DNA of 64,000 nt, taken from assembly GCA_043228905.1 (NCBI GenBank), contig JBHGNT010000018.1, positions 15,066,001 to 15,130,000 of the forward strand, in the 5' to 3' direction. Positions 26,233 through 38,029 of this stretch are shown here, in pieces; position 1 is the stretch's first letter; each line of letters opens with the position of its first letter. The notes beneath the pieces were generated by a model that saw only the letters and a list, made by a program, of their open reading frames with translations, had not been told where the DNA came from and searched no databases. A program made the translations under genes and the position numbers. The DNA is from Azolla caroliniana (taxonomy: Eukaryota; Plantae; Polypodiophyta).

Positions 26233-29200
26233 TGTTGGAAGCAATGTCGTCTGTGCGGAAGATCTTGAAGCACTCGATTCCTGTTTATTCCCTGTGTATG
26301 ACAGAATGTAGGTCGTTGCACAGAGAGAGAGAGAGAGAGAGACACAAAAGAGTTTCTTATTTCATAAAGCAACAATACAACAACCAACCTCACAAAGAGG
26401 TTACAAGGTCACTATATATAGGGACCGACTTAGGGCAACTGCCCTTTATGCTAATTACATAAATGGCCAAAACGGGATGGTGTGAATACGTCCATTATAC
26501 ACAGGTATTCGACACTCCCCCGTAATGGGCGTATACATGGGTTATCTAAGGTTACAGGTATAGACTTAGGTTCTCGGACATATCAGCTTTGTTCGAGTCG
26601 GCAGGGTCCGAAGGCAGAAGACCGAACTGGTCGGGTCGGAACAGTTGAAGCCGATCATTAAGGAACTGATGTCGGTTGTCGGGAACCATCCTGCTCTGTG
26701 TCCGGCTCTAACCGGACTGGTTTGTCGTTACGCCCATCTGATGCCGAAGAGACCGAAAACGGTCTGCCGAAAGACACTTGGTCATTCCATCTGCGACATT
26801 GTCGGTTGTGGATATTTTCTCTAGACCGATTTTCCCTGAAATGACGCAGTCCCGAACGAAGTGATATCGAACATCGATATGTTTGGAGGCGTTGTGGTGA
26901 ACCGGATTTTTCGACAAGGCAACAGCACCTTGACTGTCGCTGTAGACAACTGGAGCCGAGTCATGTTCGACTTGTCGAAACGTGTGCGCCAGCCGACCGA
27001 GCCACAAAGCTTCTTTTGCTGCGTCGGACGCAGCTACATATTCTGCTTCGGTCGTTGAGGTCGCTGTGCACTCCTGAAGTTTCGACTTCCACGAGATTGC
27101 TCCATTGCCGAATTTGAAGCAGTATCCGGTTGTTGATTTCCGACTGTCTATACAGCCGGCGAAGTCCGAGTCGGTGTAACCGACTACGCCTGAGGTTCGG
27201 TTCGGACCGAAAAGAATGCCGTGATCTTTTGTGCCAGCCAGATATCTGAACACATGCTTGACTGCGTTCCAATGCGATCGGCCAGGATTGTGCATAAATC
27301 TGCTAACGACTCCTACGGCATGAGAGATGTCAGGCCGTGTCGCGACCATCAGGTACATAAGGGAGCCGACTGCCGGTGCATACGGTACCGACTTCATATC
27401 TTCCCCCTCCGAACCGGATGTCGGGCAGTCTCGCTGAGAGAGCCGAAGATTCATAGGGAGTGGGGTTGAAGCAGATTTGGCTGATTGCATGTTGAAGCGT
27501 TCCAAGACACGTCCGATATAGTCGGTCTGAGACAAAAAAAGATGTCGTGTATCGCGATGCCGACTAATCTTCATGCCAAGGATGTGTCGTGCCGGACCGA
27601 GGTCCTTCATGGCAAACTTCAACCGCAGTTGCCGAACGAGATCGGCAAGTTCGCCCGCGTGGCGTCCAGAAATTAGCATGTCGTCCACGTAAATGATGAG
27701 GAAGATGGGTGATCCATCTTGAGCTGTGTTGGTGAAGAGACAATGGTCCTCATCGCTTTTGGAGAAGCCGATCGATTGGATGAAGTCGTCGAACTTCTTG
27801 TACCATTGTCGCGGTGCCTGTTTGAGGCCGTATAGACTCTTCCTGAGTCGGCAGACTAGATGTTCTTGGCCAGTTGCCACGAAGCCTTTTGGCTGCTCCA
27901 TATAAATTTCCTCCTCGAGATCACCATGGAGGAAGGCTGTTTTGACATCTAGCTGAATCAGCTCCAAGTTGTCGGCTGCCACGACGCCGAGCAGAAAACG
28001 AAGGGTTGTCATTTTCACCACTGGTGAAAAAATCTCGTCGAAGTCGACGCCATATTCTTGTCGGAAGCCCTTCGCAACTAATCTGGCCTTGTACTTTGGG
28101 GTGGTCGAATCAGACGTCTCTTTTAGTCGATAAACCCACTTGCAAGGAAGAGCACGTCGGTTCCTAGGTAATTCGACCAGATCCCAAGTCTTGTTTGCAC
28201 GGATGGAGTGCATTTCCGACTCCATCGCCAGATGCCAGGTGGCCGAATCGACAGATGTTGATGCTTCTTCGTAAGACGTCGGTTCGCCGGCGTCGGTGAA
28301 GAAAATTCCAGGAGAATACCTCTCCGGAGGTTGCGACAGTCTCTCGGATCGTCGAGGTATGATTGGACTGGTCGCATCGGGTATCGAGGTCGGATGGTCC
28401 GAAACCGAATCATTCGGCTGTGCCGAGTCAGAGTTGTCCGAGTCGGTAGTATAAGGTTCAGCTACCCGTGAAGCTGACCGTGTGTTGAGAGCGGGGCCTT
28501 CTTGAAGGGTCGGCACATCGGAGAATGTTACCCTTCGGACTTCGATTGGTTTTTCGACTGATGGGTTCATAGCCGACTCGTTGAACACAACGTCCGAACT
28601 TCGGACGATTTGTCTGCGTTCGGGGTCCCAGAGTCGGTATCCCATTTCGCCGTCCGATCCATATCCAAGGAAAATGCATTTCCTGGACCGAGGTGCAAGT
28701 TTTCGGCGATCATCTTTCGGAATAAGGGCGTACGCCTCGCATCCGAAGATCCTCAGCTTGTCGTAATTCGGCTTGCTGCCGAACCATAGTTCCTGAGGAA
28801 TTTGAAGTCCTAGAGGTCTACTTGGCGACATATTGATTATGTGTACTGCCGTGAGTAGAGCCTCTGCCCAGAAGCCATCCGACAGTCCGGAGTGTTGGAG
28901 CATGGAAACTATCCTTTCTTGGATCGTCCGATTCATTCGTTCTGCAATCCCGTTTTGCTCCGGACTGTGTGGTGCCGTAAATTCACGTCGGATGCCGCGT
29001 TGTCGGCAGAATTTGACGAATTCATCGGATTTGAACTCTCCCCCATTGTCTGTCCGAAGGCATTTCAGCTTTCGGTCGGTTTGATTTTCTACCATAGCGA
29101 GCCAATCTGAGAAGATCGAGAAGACACGATCTTTGGTGCGAATCGGATAAGCCCACACCTTTCGAGTCGAATCGTCAATAAAACTGACGAAGTAAGAGGC

Positions 29201-31579
29201 ACCGCCTAGAGACTGATGCGGCATTGGGCCACAGACGTCCGAATGGACTAAATCGAGAGGTCTCGTTTCTCTTGGTGCTGATGTCGGGTGTGATGCGGCT
29301 ACTTGTTTGCCATACTGGCAATGCTCGCAGAATTGATGGTCGGAGAAGGAGAGTTTTGGGATGTATCCGGCTCTAGATAGATGCGTGATGCCGGCCTTGC
29401 TGAGGTGTCCTAATCTTCTGTGCCATAGTGATGACACAGGAATATCCACCAAAAACAGGTTACCCTCTCTGAGCGTAACATGTAACGGATACAGTGAGTG
29501 TATCTTGGGTCCTCTAGCAAGCAGGAGGTTCCCCCTGTGGAGTGTCCACCCTCCCGAAGAGAAACCGGCACGAATGCCGTCTTCATCTAGTTGTCCGACT
29601 GAGATCAATGGCCTTGAGAGCTCGGGTACATGTCGGACATTGTGGAGTACAAGTGTTGAGCCACCTGCAAGGTTGAGCTCTACTGTGCCGATTCCGATGA
29701 TGTCGCAGTGTTGCGAGTTACCGACTCGAACTGAGTCGGAGTGACGGATCGTATATTGCCGAAATTGGGATCGATGAGGAGTCACGTGAAACGACGCGCC
29801 CGAATCTAAGAGCCATGTGCTCGACTCTTCAGTCGTGAGTAGAACTTCTGATCCGACTGGATTTTCGATTGATAGTATATTCGGGTCGTCTGGTAGCACA
29901 TTAGCTGAGAAGCTGACGTAGTTGACCTCCTCATGCCGGCCACTCTTCTTGTTGTTCTTGTTCTTGAGTGCGCGGCAGTCGGCTTTGATGTGTCCGGGTT
30001 TCTTGCAATAGTTGCAGGTTCGGTTATCCCGTGACTGGCTCCGTCTTCGCTGATTGTTCGGCGGTCGTGAGGAATCTCTTCCTCGTATGTTCGATCGGTC
30101 TGTCGAACCTTGTACTACGTAAGCGTCGTCCGTTGAGTCTTTGGCAAAAGACTTTCTCCGAGCTGCTTCGGTCAGGATTGCGCTCGTGACTTCGGAGTAT
30201 TTAACAGCCGTGGTTGACGCGTTGCACACAGTTGTGACGAAAGTTTCCCATGATGAGGGAAGGCTGCTCATGAGTATCATTGCTCTGAGCTCATCCTCGA
30301 TTGCCGTCCCCTGTGACGAGATTTGGGAGCTTATGCTTTCGTACTCATTGAGGTGTGCTTGAACCGAATCGGATTCTTTCATCCGCAAGTTGTAGAGGCG
30401 CCGGATCAGAAACATCTTTGTTGCGGCGACCTTCTTTTCGTAAGTGTCCGACAGCGTTTTCCACAGTTCGAATGCTGTCGTACACGATTGCACCGTAAAG
30501 TATACCGATTCCGATAGGTGCATCCGAATCGTGGCGCGGACGATTCTGTCCAGCTTCTGCCACTCAATTGGTTTGTATCCTTCTGGAGGTTCTTCATTTT
30601 CGATGGGATCGATCTGCCCCTTGACTATGAGATAGTCCTGCATTTGTTCCTTCCAGAAGTTGAAGTTCGATCCATCGAACTTTCGTAGACTCATTTCTGA
30701 CGAGCCGGATGTTGATGCCATCAAATTCGGTTTCAGTTGACGAAGCTCGGTTCGGAGTTGACTACGAACCTTGTTGGAGTGCAGCCGGTTGGCTCACCCG
30801 ATATCGTTCTAGTCGGATTTGAACCCGAGTCGGTTCGGCTTCGGAACTTGCTCGAATTGACTCCGGTAACTTGAGGGACAGAACCGACTGGTCTTCCCGA
30901 ATGTTGCCGAGTCGGAGTGAGCCCGGTTCGTTTCGGATATATATGCCGAATACCGATTATTAAAACCGATTATCTGAACCGATTTTGCTTCGGTTGACTG
31001 CAGCGACGAGAGAGACGGATCCGACTGATCCTCCCGAATGTCGATCAGCCAGATGAAGCATGAATTTGGGTTGTTGTCAGGGTTGCACAAGGGGATTTCA
31101 CCTCGAGCGGTTACGATCACGGGGAGCGGAGTACAACCTGCTGGCTTACTCCAAACAAAGATGATCTAACGCGATGAGATGCAAACCTGGTTTTTCTTCT
31201 TCTTCTCTCTTCTTCGAATGACGCAGGGAACCGAATGCAGAGACGACGGCCGACAGCGGATTGAGGGACCGACTACTGTGCAGGCTCTGATACCAGATGT
31301 TGGAAGCAATGTCGTCTGTGCGGAAGATCTTGAAGCACTCGATTCCTGTTTATTCCCTGTGTATGACAGAATGTAGGTCGTTGCACAGAGAGAGAGAGAG
31401 AGAGAGACACAAAAGAGTTTCTTATTTCATAAAGCAACAATACAACAACCAACCTCACAAAGAGGTTACAAGGTCACTATATATAGGGACCGACTTAGGG
31501 CAACTGCCCTTTATGCTAATTACATAAATGGCCAAAACGGGATGGTGTGAATACGTCCATTATACACAGGTATTCGACA
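26233..31579 (-). mobile_element. Intact Ty1/Copia LTR retrotransposon (inner, nested)
   Basis: 282-bp LTRs at 26233-26514 and 31298-31579 look identical. TSD TACGG at 26228-26232 and 31580-31584. PBS-iMet at 31284-31295; PPT at 26515-26523. Confidence 0.97.
26708..30724 (-). CDS. Copia Gag-Pol polyprotein (1338 aa), uninterrupted
   Basis: CCHC knuckle CNYCKKPGHIKADC; protease LLDSGAS; integrase HHCC plus HSDVCG, RTDNGGEF and NGIAER; GKGY-like FLGYG; RT YVDD; RNase H YTDSD/EAEY/ADGMTK. Domain order is PR-IN-RT-RH. Confidence 0.97.
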   Translation of the reverse strand: MMASTSGSSEMSLRKFDGSNFNFWKEQMQDYLIVKGQIDPIENEEPPEGYKPIEWQKLDRIVRATIRMHLSESVYFTVQSCTTAFELWKTLSDTYEKKVAATKMFLIRRLYNLRMKESDSVQAHLNEYESISSQISSQGTAIEDELRAMILMSSLPSSWETFVTTVCNASTTAVKYSEVTSAILTEAARRKSFAKDSTDDAYVVQGSTDRSNIRGRDSSRPPNNQRRRSQSRDNRTCNYCKKPGHIKADCRALKNKNNKKSGRHEEVNYVSFSANVLPDDPNILSIENPVGSEVLLTTEESSTWLLDSGASFHVTPHRSQFRQYTIRHSDSVRVGNSQHCDIIGIGTVELNLAGGSTLVLHNVRHVPELSRPLISVGQLDEDGIRAGFSSGGWTLHRGNLLLARGPKIHSLYPLHVTLREGNLFLVDIPVSSLWHRRLGHLSKAGITHLSRAGYIPKLSFSDHQFCEHCQYGKQVAASHPTSAPRETRPLDLVHSDVCGPMPHQSLGGASYFVSFIDDSTRKVWAYPIRTKDRVFSIFSDWLAMVENQTDRKLKCLRTDNGGEFKSDEFVKFCRQRGIRREFTAPHSPEQNGIAERMNRTIQERIVSMLQHSGLSDGFWAEALLTAVHIINMSPSRPLGLQIPQELWFGSKPNYDKLRIFGCEAYALIPKDDRRKLAPRSRKCIFLGYGSDGEMGYRLWDPERRQIVRSSDVVFNESAMNPSVEKPIEVRRVTFSDVPTLQEGPALNTRSASRVAEPYTTDSDNSDSAQPNDSVSDHPTSIPDATSPIIPRRSERLSQPPERYSPGIFFTDAGEPTSYEEASTSVDSATWHLAMESEMHSIRANKTWDLVELPRNRRALPCKWVYRLKETSDSTTPKYKARLVAKGFRQEYGVDFDEIFSPVVKMTTLRFLLGVVAADNLELIQLDVKTAFLHGDLEEEIYMEQPKGFVATGQEHLVCRLRKSLYGLKQAPRQWYKKFDDFIQSIGFSKSDEDHCLFTNTAQDGSPIFLIIYVDDMLISGRHAGELADLVRQLRLKFAMKDLGPARHILGMKISRHRDTRHLFLSQTDYIGRVLERFNMQSAKSASTPLPMNLRLSQRDCPTSGSEGEDMKSVPYAPAVGSLMYLMVATRPDISHAVGVVSRFMHNPGRSHWNAVKHVFRYLAGTKDHGILFGPNRTSGVVGYTDSDFAGCIDSRKSTTGYCFKFGNGAISWKSKLQECTATSTTEAEYVAASDAAKEALWLGRLAHTFRQVEHDSAPVVYSDSQGAVALSKNPVHHNASKHIDVRYHFVRDCVISGKIGLEKISTTDNVADGMTKCLSADRFRSLRHQMGVTTNQSG

Positions 31580-34500
31580 TACGGTACCGACTTCATATCT
31601 TCCCCCTCCGGACCGGATGTCGGGCAGTCTCGCTGAGAGAGCCGAAGATTCATGGGGAGCGGGGTTGAAGCAGATTTGGCTGATTGCATGTTGAAGCGTT
31701 CTAAGACACGTCGGATATAGTCGGTCTGAGACAAAAAAAGATGTCGTTTATCGCGATGCCGACTAATCTTCATGCCAAGGATGTGTCGTGCCGGACCGAG
31801 GTCCTTCATGGCAAACTTCAACCGCAGTTGCCGAATGAGATCGGCAAGTTCGCCCGCGTGGCGTCCAGAAATTAGCATGTCGTCCACGTAAATGATGAGG
31901 AAGATGGGTGATCCATCTTGAGCTGTGTTGGTAAAGAGACAATGGTCCTCATCGCTTTTTGAGAAGCCGATCGATTGGATGAAGTCGTCGAACTTCTTGT
32001 ACCATTGTCGCGGTGCCTGTTTGAGGCCGTATAGACTCTTCCTGAGTCGGCAGACTAGATGTTCTTGGCCAGTTGCCACGAAGCCTTTTGGCTGCTCCAT
32101 ATAAATTTCCTCTTCAAGATCACCATGGAGGAATGCTGTTTTGACATCTAGCTGAATCAGCTCCAAGTTGTCGGCTGCCACTACGCCGAGTAGGAAACGA
32201 AGGGTTGTCATTTTCACCACTGGTGAAAAAATCTCGTCGAAGTCGACGCCATATTCTTGTCGGAAGCCCTTCGCAACTAATCTGGCCTTGTACTTTGGGG
32301 TGGTCGAATCAGACGTCTCTTTTAGTCGATAAACCCACTTGCAAGGAAGAGCACGTCGGTTCCTAGGTAATTCAACCAGATCCCAAGTCTTGTTTGCCCG
32401 AATGGAGTGCATTTCCGACTCCATCGCCAGATGCCAGGTGGCTGAATCGACAGATGTCGATGCTTCTTCGTAAGACGTCGGTTCGCCGGCGTCGGTGAAG
32501 AAAATTCCAGGAGAATACCTCTCCGGAGGTTGCGACAGTCTCTCGGATCGTCGAGGTAAGATTGGACTGGTCGCATCGGGTATCAAGGTCGGATGGTCCG
32601 AAAGCGGATTGTTCTGCTGTGCCGAGTCGGGGTTGTCCGAGTCGGTAGTGTAAGGTTCAGCTACCCGTGAAGCTGACCGTGTGTTGAGAGCGGGGCCTTC
32701 TTGAAGGGTCGGCACATCGGAAAATGTTACCCTTCGGACTTCGATCGGTTTTTCGACTGATGGATTCATAGCCGACTCGTTGAACACAACGTCCGAACTT
32801 CGAACGATTTGTCTGCGTTCGGGGTCCCAGAGTCGGTATCCCATTTCGCCGTCGGATCCATATCCAAGGAAAATGCATTTCCTGGACCGAGGTGCAAGTT
32901 TTCGGCGATCATCTTTCGGAATAAGGGCGTACGCCTCGCATCCGAAGATCCTCAGCTTGTCGTAATTCGGCTTGCTGCCGATCCATAGTTCCTGAGGAAT
33001 TTGAAGTCCTAGAGGTCTACTTGGCGACATATTGATTATGTGTACTGCCGTGAGTAGAGCCTCTGCCCAGAAGCCATCCGACAGTCCGGAGTGTTGGAGC
33101 ATGGAAACTGTCCGTTCTTGGATTGTCCGATTCATGCGTTCGGCAATCCTGTTTTGCTCCGGACTGTGTGGTGCCGTAAATTCACGTCGGATGCCGCGTT
33201 GTCGGCAGAATTTGACGAATTCTTCGGATTTAAACTCTCCCCCATTGTCTGTCCGAAGGCGTTTCAGCTTTCGGTCGGTTTGATTTTCTACCATAGCGAG
33301 CCAATCGGTGAAGATCGAGAAGACCCGATCTTTGGTGCGAATTGGATAAGCCCACACCTTTCGAGTCGAATCGTCAATAAAAGTGACGAAGTAAGAGGCA
33401 CCGCCAAGAGACTGATGCGGCATTGGGCCACAGACGTTCGAGTGGACCAAATCAAGAGGTCTCGTTTCTCTTGGTGCTGATGTCGGGTGTGATGCGGCTG
33501 CTTGTTTGCCATACTGGCAATGCTCGCAGAATTGATGGTCCGAGAAGGAGAGTTTGGGGATGTATCCGGCTCTAGATAGGTGCGTGATGCCGGCCTTGTT
33601 GAGGTGTCCTAATCTTCGGTGCCATAGTGATGACACAGGAATATCCACCAAAAACAGGTTACCCTCTCTGAGCGTAACATGTAACGGATACAGGGAGTGT
33701 ATCTTGGGTCCTCTAGCAAGCAGGAGGTTCCCCCTGTGGAGTGTCCACCCTCCCGAAGAAAAACCGGCACGAATGCCGTCTTCATCTAGTTGTCCGACTG
33801 AGATCAATGGCCTTGAGAGCTCGGGTACATGTCGGACATTGTGGAGTACAAGTGTAGAGCCACCTGCAAGGTTGAGCTCTACTGTGCCGATTCCGATGAT
33901 GTCACAGTGTTGTGAGTTGCCGACTCGAACTGAGTCGGAGTGACGGATCGTATATTGCCGAAATTGGGATCGATGAGGAGTCACGTGAAATGACGCGCCC
34001 GAATCTAAGAGCCATGTGCTCGATTCTTCAGTCGTGAGTAGAACTTCTGATCCGACTGGATTTTCGATTGATAGTATATTCGGGTCGTCCGGTAGTACAT
34101 CCGCTGAGAAGCTGACGTAATTGATCTCCTCATGCCAGCCACTCTTCTTGTTGTTCTTGTTCTTGAGTGCGCGGCAGTCGGCTTTGATGTGTCCGGGTTT
34201 CTTGCAATAGTTGCAGATTCGGTTATCCCGTGACTGGCTCCGTCTTCGCTGATTGTTCGGCGGCCGTGAGGAATCTCTTCCTCGTATGTTCGATCGGTCT
34301 GTCGAACCTTGTACTACGTAAGCGTCGTCTGTTGAGTCTTTGGCGAAAGACTTTCTCCGAGCTGCTTCGGTCAGGATTGCGCTCGTGACTTCGGAGTATT
34401 TAACAGCCGTGGTTGACGCGTTGCACACGGTTGTGACGAAAGTTTCCCATGATGAGGGAAGGCTGCTCATGAGTATCATTGCTCTGAGTTCATCCTCGAT

Positions 34501-34923
34501 TGCCGTCCCCTGTGACGAGATTTGGGAGCTTATGCTTTCGTACTCATTGAGGTGTGCTTGAACCGAATCGGATTCTTTCATCCGCAAGTTGTAGAGGCGC
34601 CGGATCAGAAACATCTTCGTTGCGGCGACCTTCTTTTCGTAAGTGTCTGACAGTGTTTTCCACAGTTCGAATGCTGTCGTACACGATTGCACCGTAAAGT
34701 ATACCGATTCCGATAGGTGCATCCGAATCGTGGCGCGGACAATTCTGTCCAGCTTCTGCCACTCAATTGGTTTGTATCCTTCTGGAGGTTCTTCATTTTC
34801 GATGGGGTCGATTTGCCCCTTGACTATGAGATAGTCCTGCATTTGTTCCTTCCAGAAGTTGAAGTTCGATCCATCGAACTTTCGTAGACTCATTTCTGAC
34901 GAGCCGGATGTTGATGCCATCAA
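31580..34923 (-). pseudogene. Outer Copia gag-pol, 5' part, truncated at KSVPY by the nested insertion
   Basis: Near-identical to the inner ORF. The first integrase catalytic D reads N (HSNVCG), and the ORF runs into the inserted LTR after 31580. Confidence 0.92.
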
Positions 34924-35678
34924 GTTCGGTTTTGGTTGACGAAGCTCGGTTCGGAGTTGACTACGAACCTTGTTGGAGTGCAGCCAGTTGGCTCACCCGA
35001 TATCGTTCTAGTCGGATTTGAACCCGAGTCGGTTCGGCTTCGGAACTTGCTCGAATTGACTCCGGTAACTTGAGGGACAGAACCGACTGGTCTTCCCGAA
35101 TGTTGCCGAGTCGGAGTGAGCCCGGTTCGTTTCGGATATATATGCCGAATACCGATTATTGAAACCGATTATCTGGACCGATTCTGCTTCGGGTGGCTGC
35201 AGCGACGAGAGAGACAGATCCAACTGATCCTCCCGAATGTCGATCAGCCGGATGAAGCGCGAATTGGGGTTGTTGTCTTGAGACCGATCTGCACCGAGTG
35301 GTTACAACGAGCGGCGAGCAGCGTTTGATGACCTCTTCGGATGCCGTTTAACCGAATGGAGCACGATCGTGTCAAAGTTGCACAAGGGGATTTCACCTCG
35401 AGCGGTTACGATCACAAGGAACGGAGTACAACCTGCTGGCTTACTCCAAGCAAAGATGATCTAACGCGATGAGATGCAGGCCTCGTTTTTCTTCTTCTTC
35501 TCTCTTCTTCGAATGACGCAGGAAACCGAATGCTGAGACGACGGCCGACAGCGGATTGAAGGACCGACTACTGTGCAGGCTCTGATACCAGATGTTGTAG
35601 ACGAGGTCGTCTTTGCGGAAGATCAAGTAGCATTCGCTTGTGTTCTGAATACCTGCGTATGACAGTTTGTAGGTCGTT

Positions 35679-35723
<45 letters not shown>

Positions 35724-37429
35724 CACAAAAGACTCTTTATTACATAAAGCAATAATACAACACCCAACCTTACAAAAAGGTTACAAGGTCACTATATATA
35801 GTGACCGACTTAGGGCAACTACCCTTTATGCTAATTACATAAATGGCCAAAACGGGATAGTGTGAATACGTCCATTATACACATGTATTCGACACCTCTC
35901 TCTCTCTCTCTCTCTCTCCACGAGTTTTCTTGAGACACAATAAATTCTTTCAATCAATCGATCGAATTCCACTCATTTTCTTCCTAATCTTTCTATTGAC
36001 AATCGATAGAAGCGTTGTCGTGAATATTTTGGGCAACGGTGTGAAAATGGTGTGAAACGAACGAAATCAAGAAGGTGTAATGTGTACTCAAACATTTGCA
36101 AATATAAGACTAAAGCCTAGTAACATTTTGAGCATAGAAAGGGGTGCAAGCAAGGCTTGAACCTTGCACCTCTAAGATAAGAGACAAATCAACTTACCAC
36201 TAAAGCCATTTCTAAGCACTTTGGATTTTGTATATTTTCCTTTCATATTCAGTATTTTGTAGGAAGCAAACATATAGAAACCATGGGCACAAAACCATGG
36301 TTTCAGCTCGTGGTTTAGCTCGTGGTTTTAGCCCATAGTTTTTGCATGGAGAGACCTATAAAAGCCTATAGTGGGGCTTGTGTAAGGAGGCAAGTGATGT
36401 AAGTAAAAAAAAGAAACTTTTAATCAAAGATCAGAGTTATCCTAATGGTGATGTATCTTGTCTCGTAAAACTAAAGTGAAGGGTTCAATCTCTCTCTTCA
36501 TCCATTTATCTATCTTCAATACTTTCTCGCTTACGTTGCTAAAAACATCGAATCCTTCCAGTCTAGGACCCCGATGGTCCCGCTTCATTTCGCGAACACG
36601 CTTCAATACCCTCTCTCTCTCTCTCTCTCTCCACGAGTTTTCTTGAGACACAATAAATTCTTTCAATCAATCGATCGAATTCCACTCATTTTCTTCCTAA
36701 TCTTTCTATTGACAATCGATAGAAGCGTTGTCGTGAATATTTTGGGCAACGGTGTGAAAATGGTGTGAAACGAACGAAATCAAGAAGGTGTAATGTGTAC
36801 TCAAACATTTGCAAATATAAGACTAAAGCCTAGTAACATTTTGAGCATAGAAAGGGGTGCAAGCAAGGCTTGAACCTTGCACCTCTAAGATAAGAGACAA
36901 ATCAACTTACCACTAAAGCCATTTCTAAGCACTTTGGATTTTGTATATTTTCCTTTCATATTCAGTATTTTGTAGGAAGCAAACATATAGAAACCATGGG
37001 CACAAAACCATGGTTTCAGCTCGTGGTTTAGCTCGTGGTTTTAGCCCATGGTTTTTGCATGGAGAGACCTATAAAAGCCTATAGTGGGGCTTGTGTAAGG
37101 AGGCAAGTGATGTAAGTAAAAAAAAGAAACTTTTAATCAAAGATCAGAGTTATCCTAATGGTGATGTATCTTGTCTCGTAAAACTAAAGTGAAGGGTTCA
37201 ATCTCTCTCTTCATCCATTTATCTATCTTCAATACTTTCTCGCTTACGTTGCTAAAAACATCGAATCCTTCCAGTCTAGGACCCCGATGGTCCCGCTTCA
37301 TTTCGCGAACACGCTTCAATACTCTCTCTCTCTCTCTCTCTCCACGAGTTTTCTTGAGACACAATAAATTCTTTCAATCAATCGATCGAATTCCACTCAT
37401 TTTCTTCCTAATCTTTCTATTGACAATCA

Positions 37430-38029
37430 TGTTGCTGCATAGTCCCGTTATGGATTTTGTTCATTAACGATTTTGTGTAAATTCATGTGTGTGTGTGTGT
37501 GCGTGCTAGTGGAGTGGGACCAAGGGGGTCTTGAACTAGGAAAGATGGCTTTATCAAAGAAGGTGTTATGGGCATGGCTATAATTTATCTTGTGGTAGTT
37601 TGTATATTCTACACATGAGGATACAAGTGTGAGGGTTAATCGAGAGTGTAAAGAAGGGAGGATTACTTTTAATTCTAGGGATTGAGACAATCTTAAGGGC
37701 CAAGTGTGAACTTGCCTGGGGACCTTAGGTCTGCCTATTAATATGAGGCCGAACTATCCTTGTTAAACACATTATTCGACTACATCGAGTCTGTGATCTT
37801 GTGGTAAATAGACTCTTGTGGCGAGGACGCGCCAATACTAGGTACTACTTGATGCCATGACGATGGTATGGGATGCTATTCAAGGCTCACGTTTGTCTTG
37901 ATCCCTTCACCTCAGGGGTGTTCAGGTGGATTGACACCCTTCTTTCTCCCTCTTTCTCTTTACTATTTATCATCTATTTCCTTGTCTTATGCTTACATTA
38001 GAAATAATCTCTAACATATGGTATCAGAG
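37430..38029 (+). mobile_element. LTR (37430-38016) with tRNA-iMet PBS; 5' end of another LTR element whose partner LTR was not found in the window
   Basis: Begins TGTTG, ends CTAACA, and is followed by TA-TGGTATCAGAG (38019-38029). It truncates array unit 5. The downstream 38030-38910 region is non-coding. Confidence 0.7.

Larger units (their letters stand above)
25064..35894 (-). mobile_element. Ty1/Copia LTR retrotransposon (outer, Tnt1/Tork-like), disrupted by a nested sister element
   Basis: LTRs at 25064-25363 and 35593-35894 (TG...CA) are near-identical apart from the GA tract. TSD CCTCT at 25059-25063 and 35895-35899. tRNA-iMet PBS TGGTATCAGAGC at 35579-35590; PPT ACGGGGGAG next to 25363. 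Confidence 0.95.
23013..37429 (+). repeat. Tandem array of five 713-727-bp units derived from a Gypsy-type LTR (unit 3 interrupted by Copia 25064-35894)
   Basis: AAGCGT-TGTCGTGAATATTTTGGG starts at 23013, 23740, 24459, 36010 and 36723. Units differ mainly in (CT)n length plus a few SNPs. The unit start is colinear with the LTR-B start (reverse complement of 53890-53949) and the middle is colinear with LTR-A (about 47640-47920). Each unit has a CCTATAAAA TATA. Confidence 0.9.

Noticed and set aside
25064-35894. Tandem duplication or misassembly of one Copia
   Set aside because: Two distinct LTR pairs, each with its own perfect TSD, plus scattered SNPs, show a true nested insertion.
23013-37429. 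CRISPR-like array or rDNA/5S tandem array
   Set aside because: Units are whole ~720-bp repeats with no unique spacers and no rRNA similarity that I could recognise. They align with Gypsy LTRs.
23445-37467. Repeated small ORFs (RERERE...RDKIHHH; MSRKTKVKG...)
   Set aside because: These are translations of the LTR/(CT)n repeat, and the frames change with microsatellite length.
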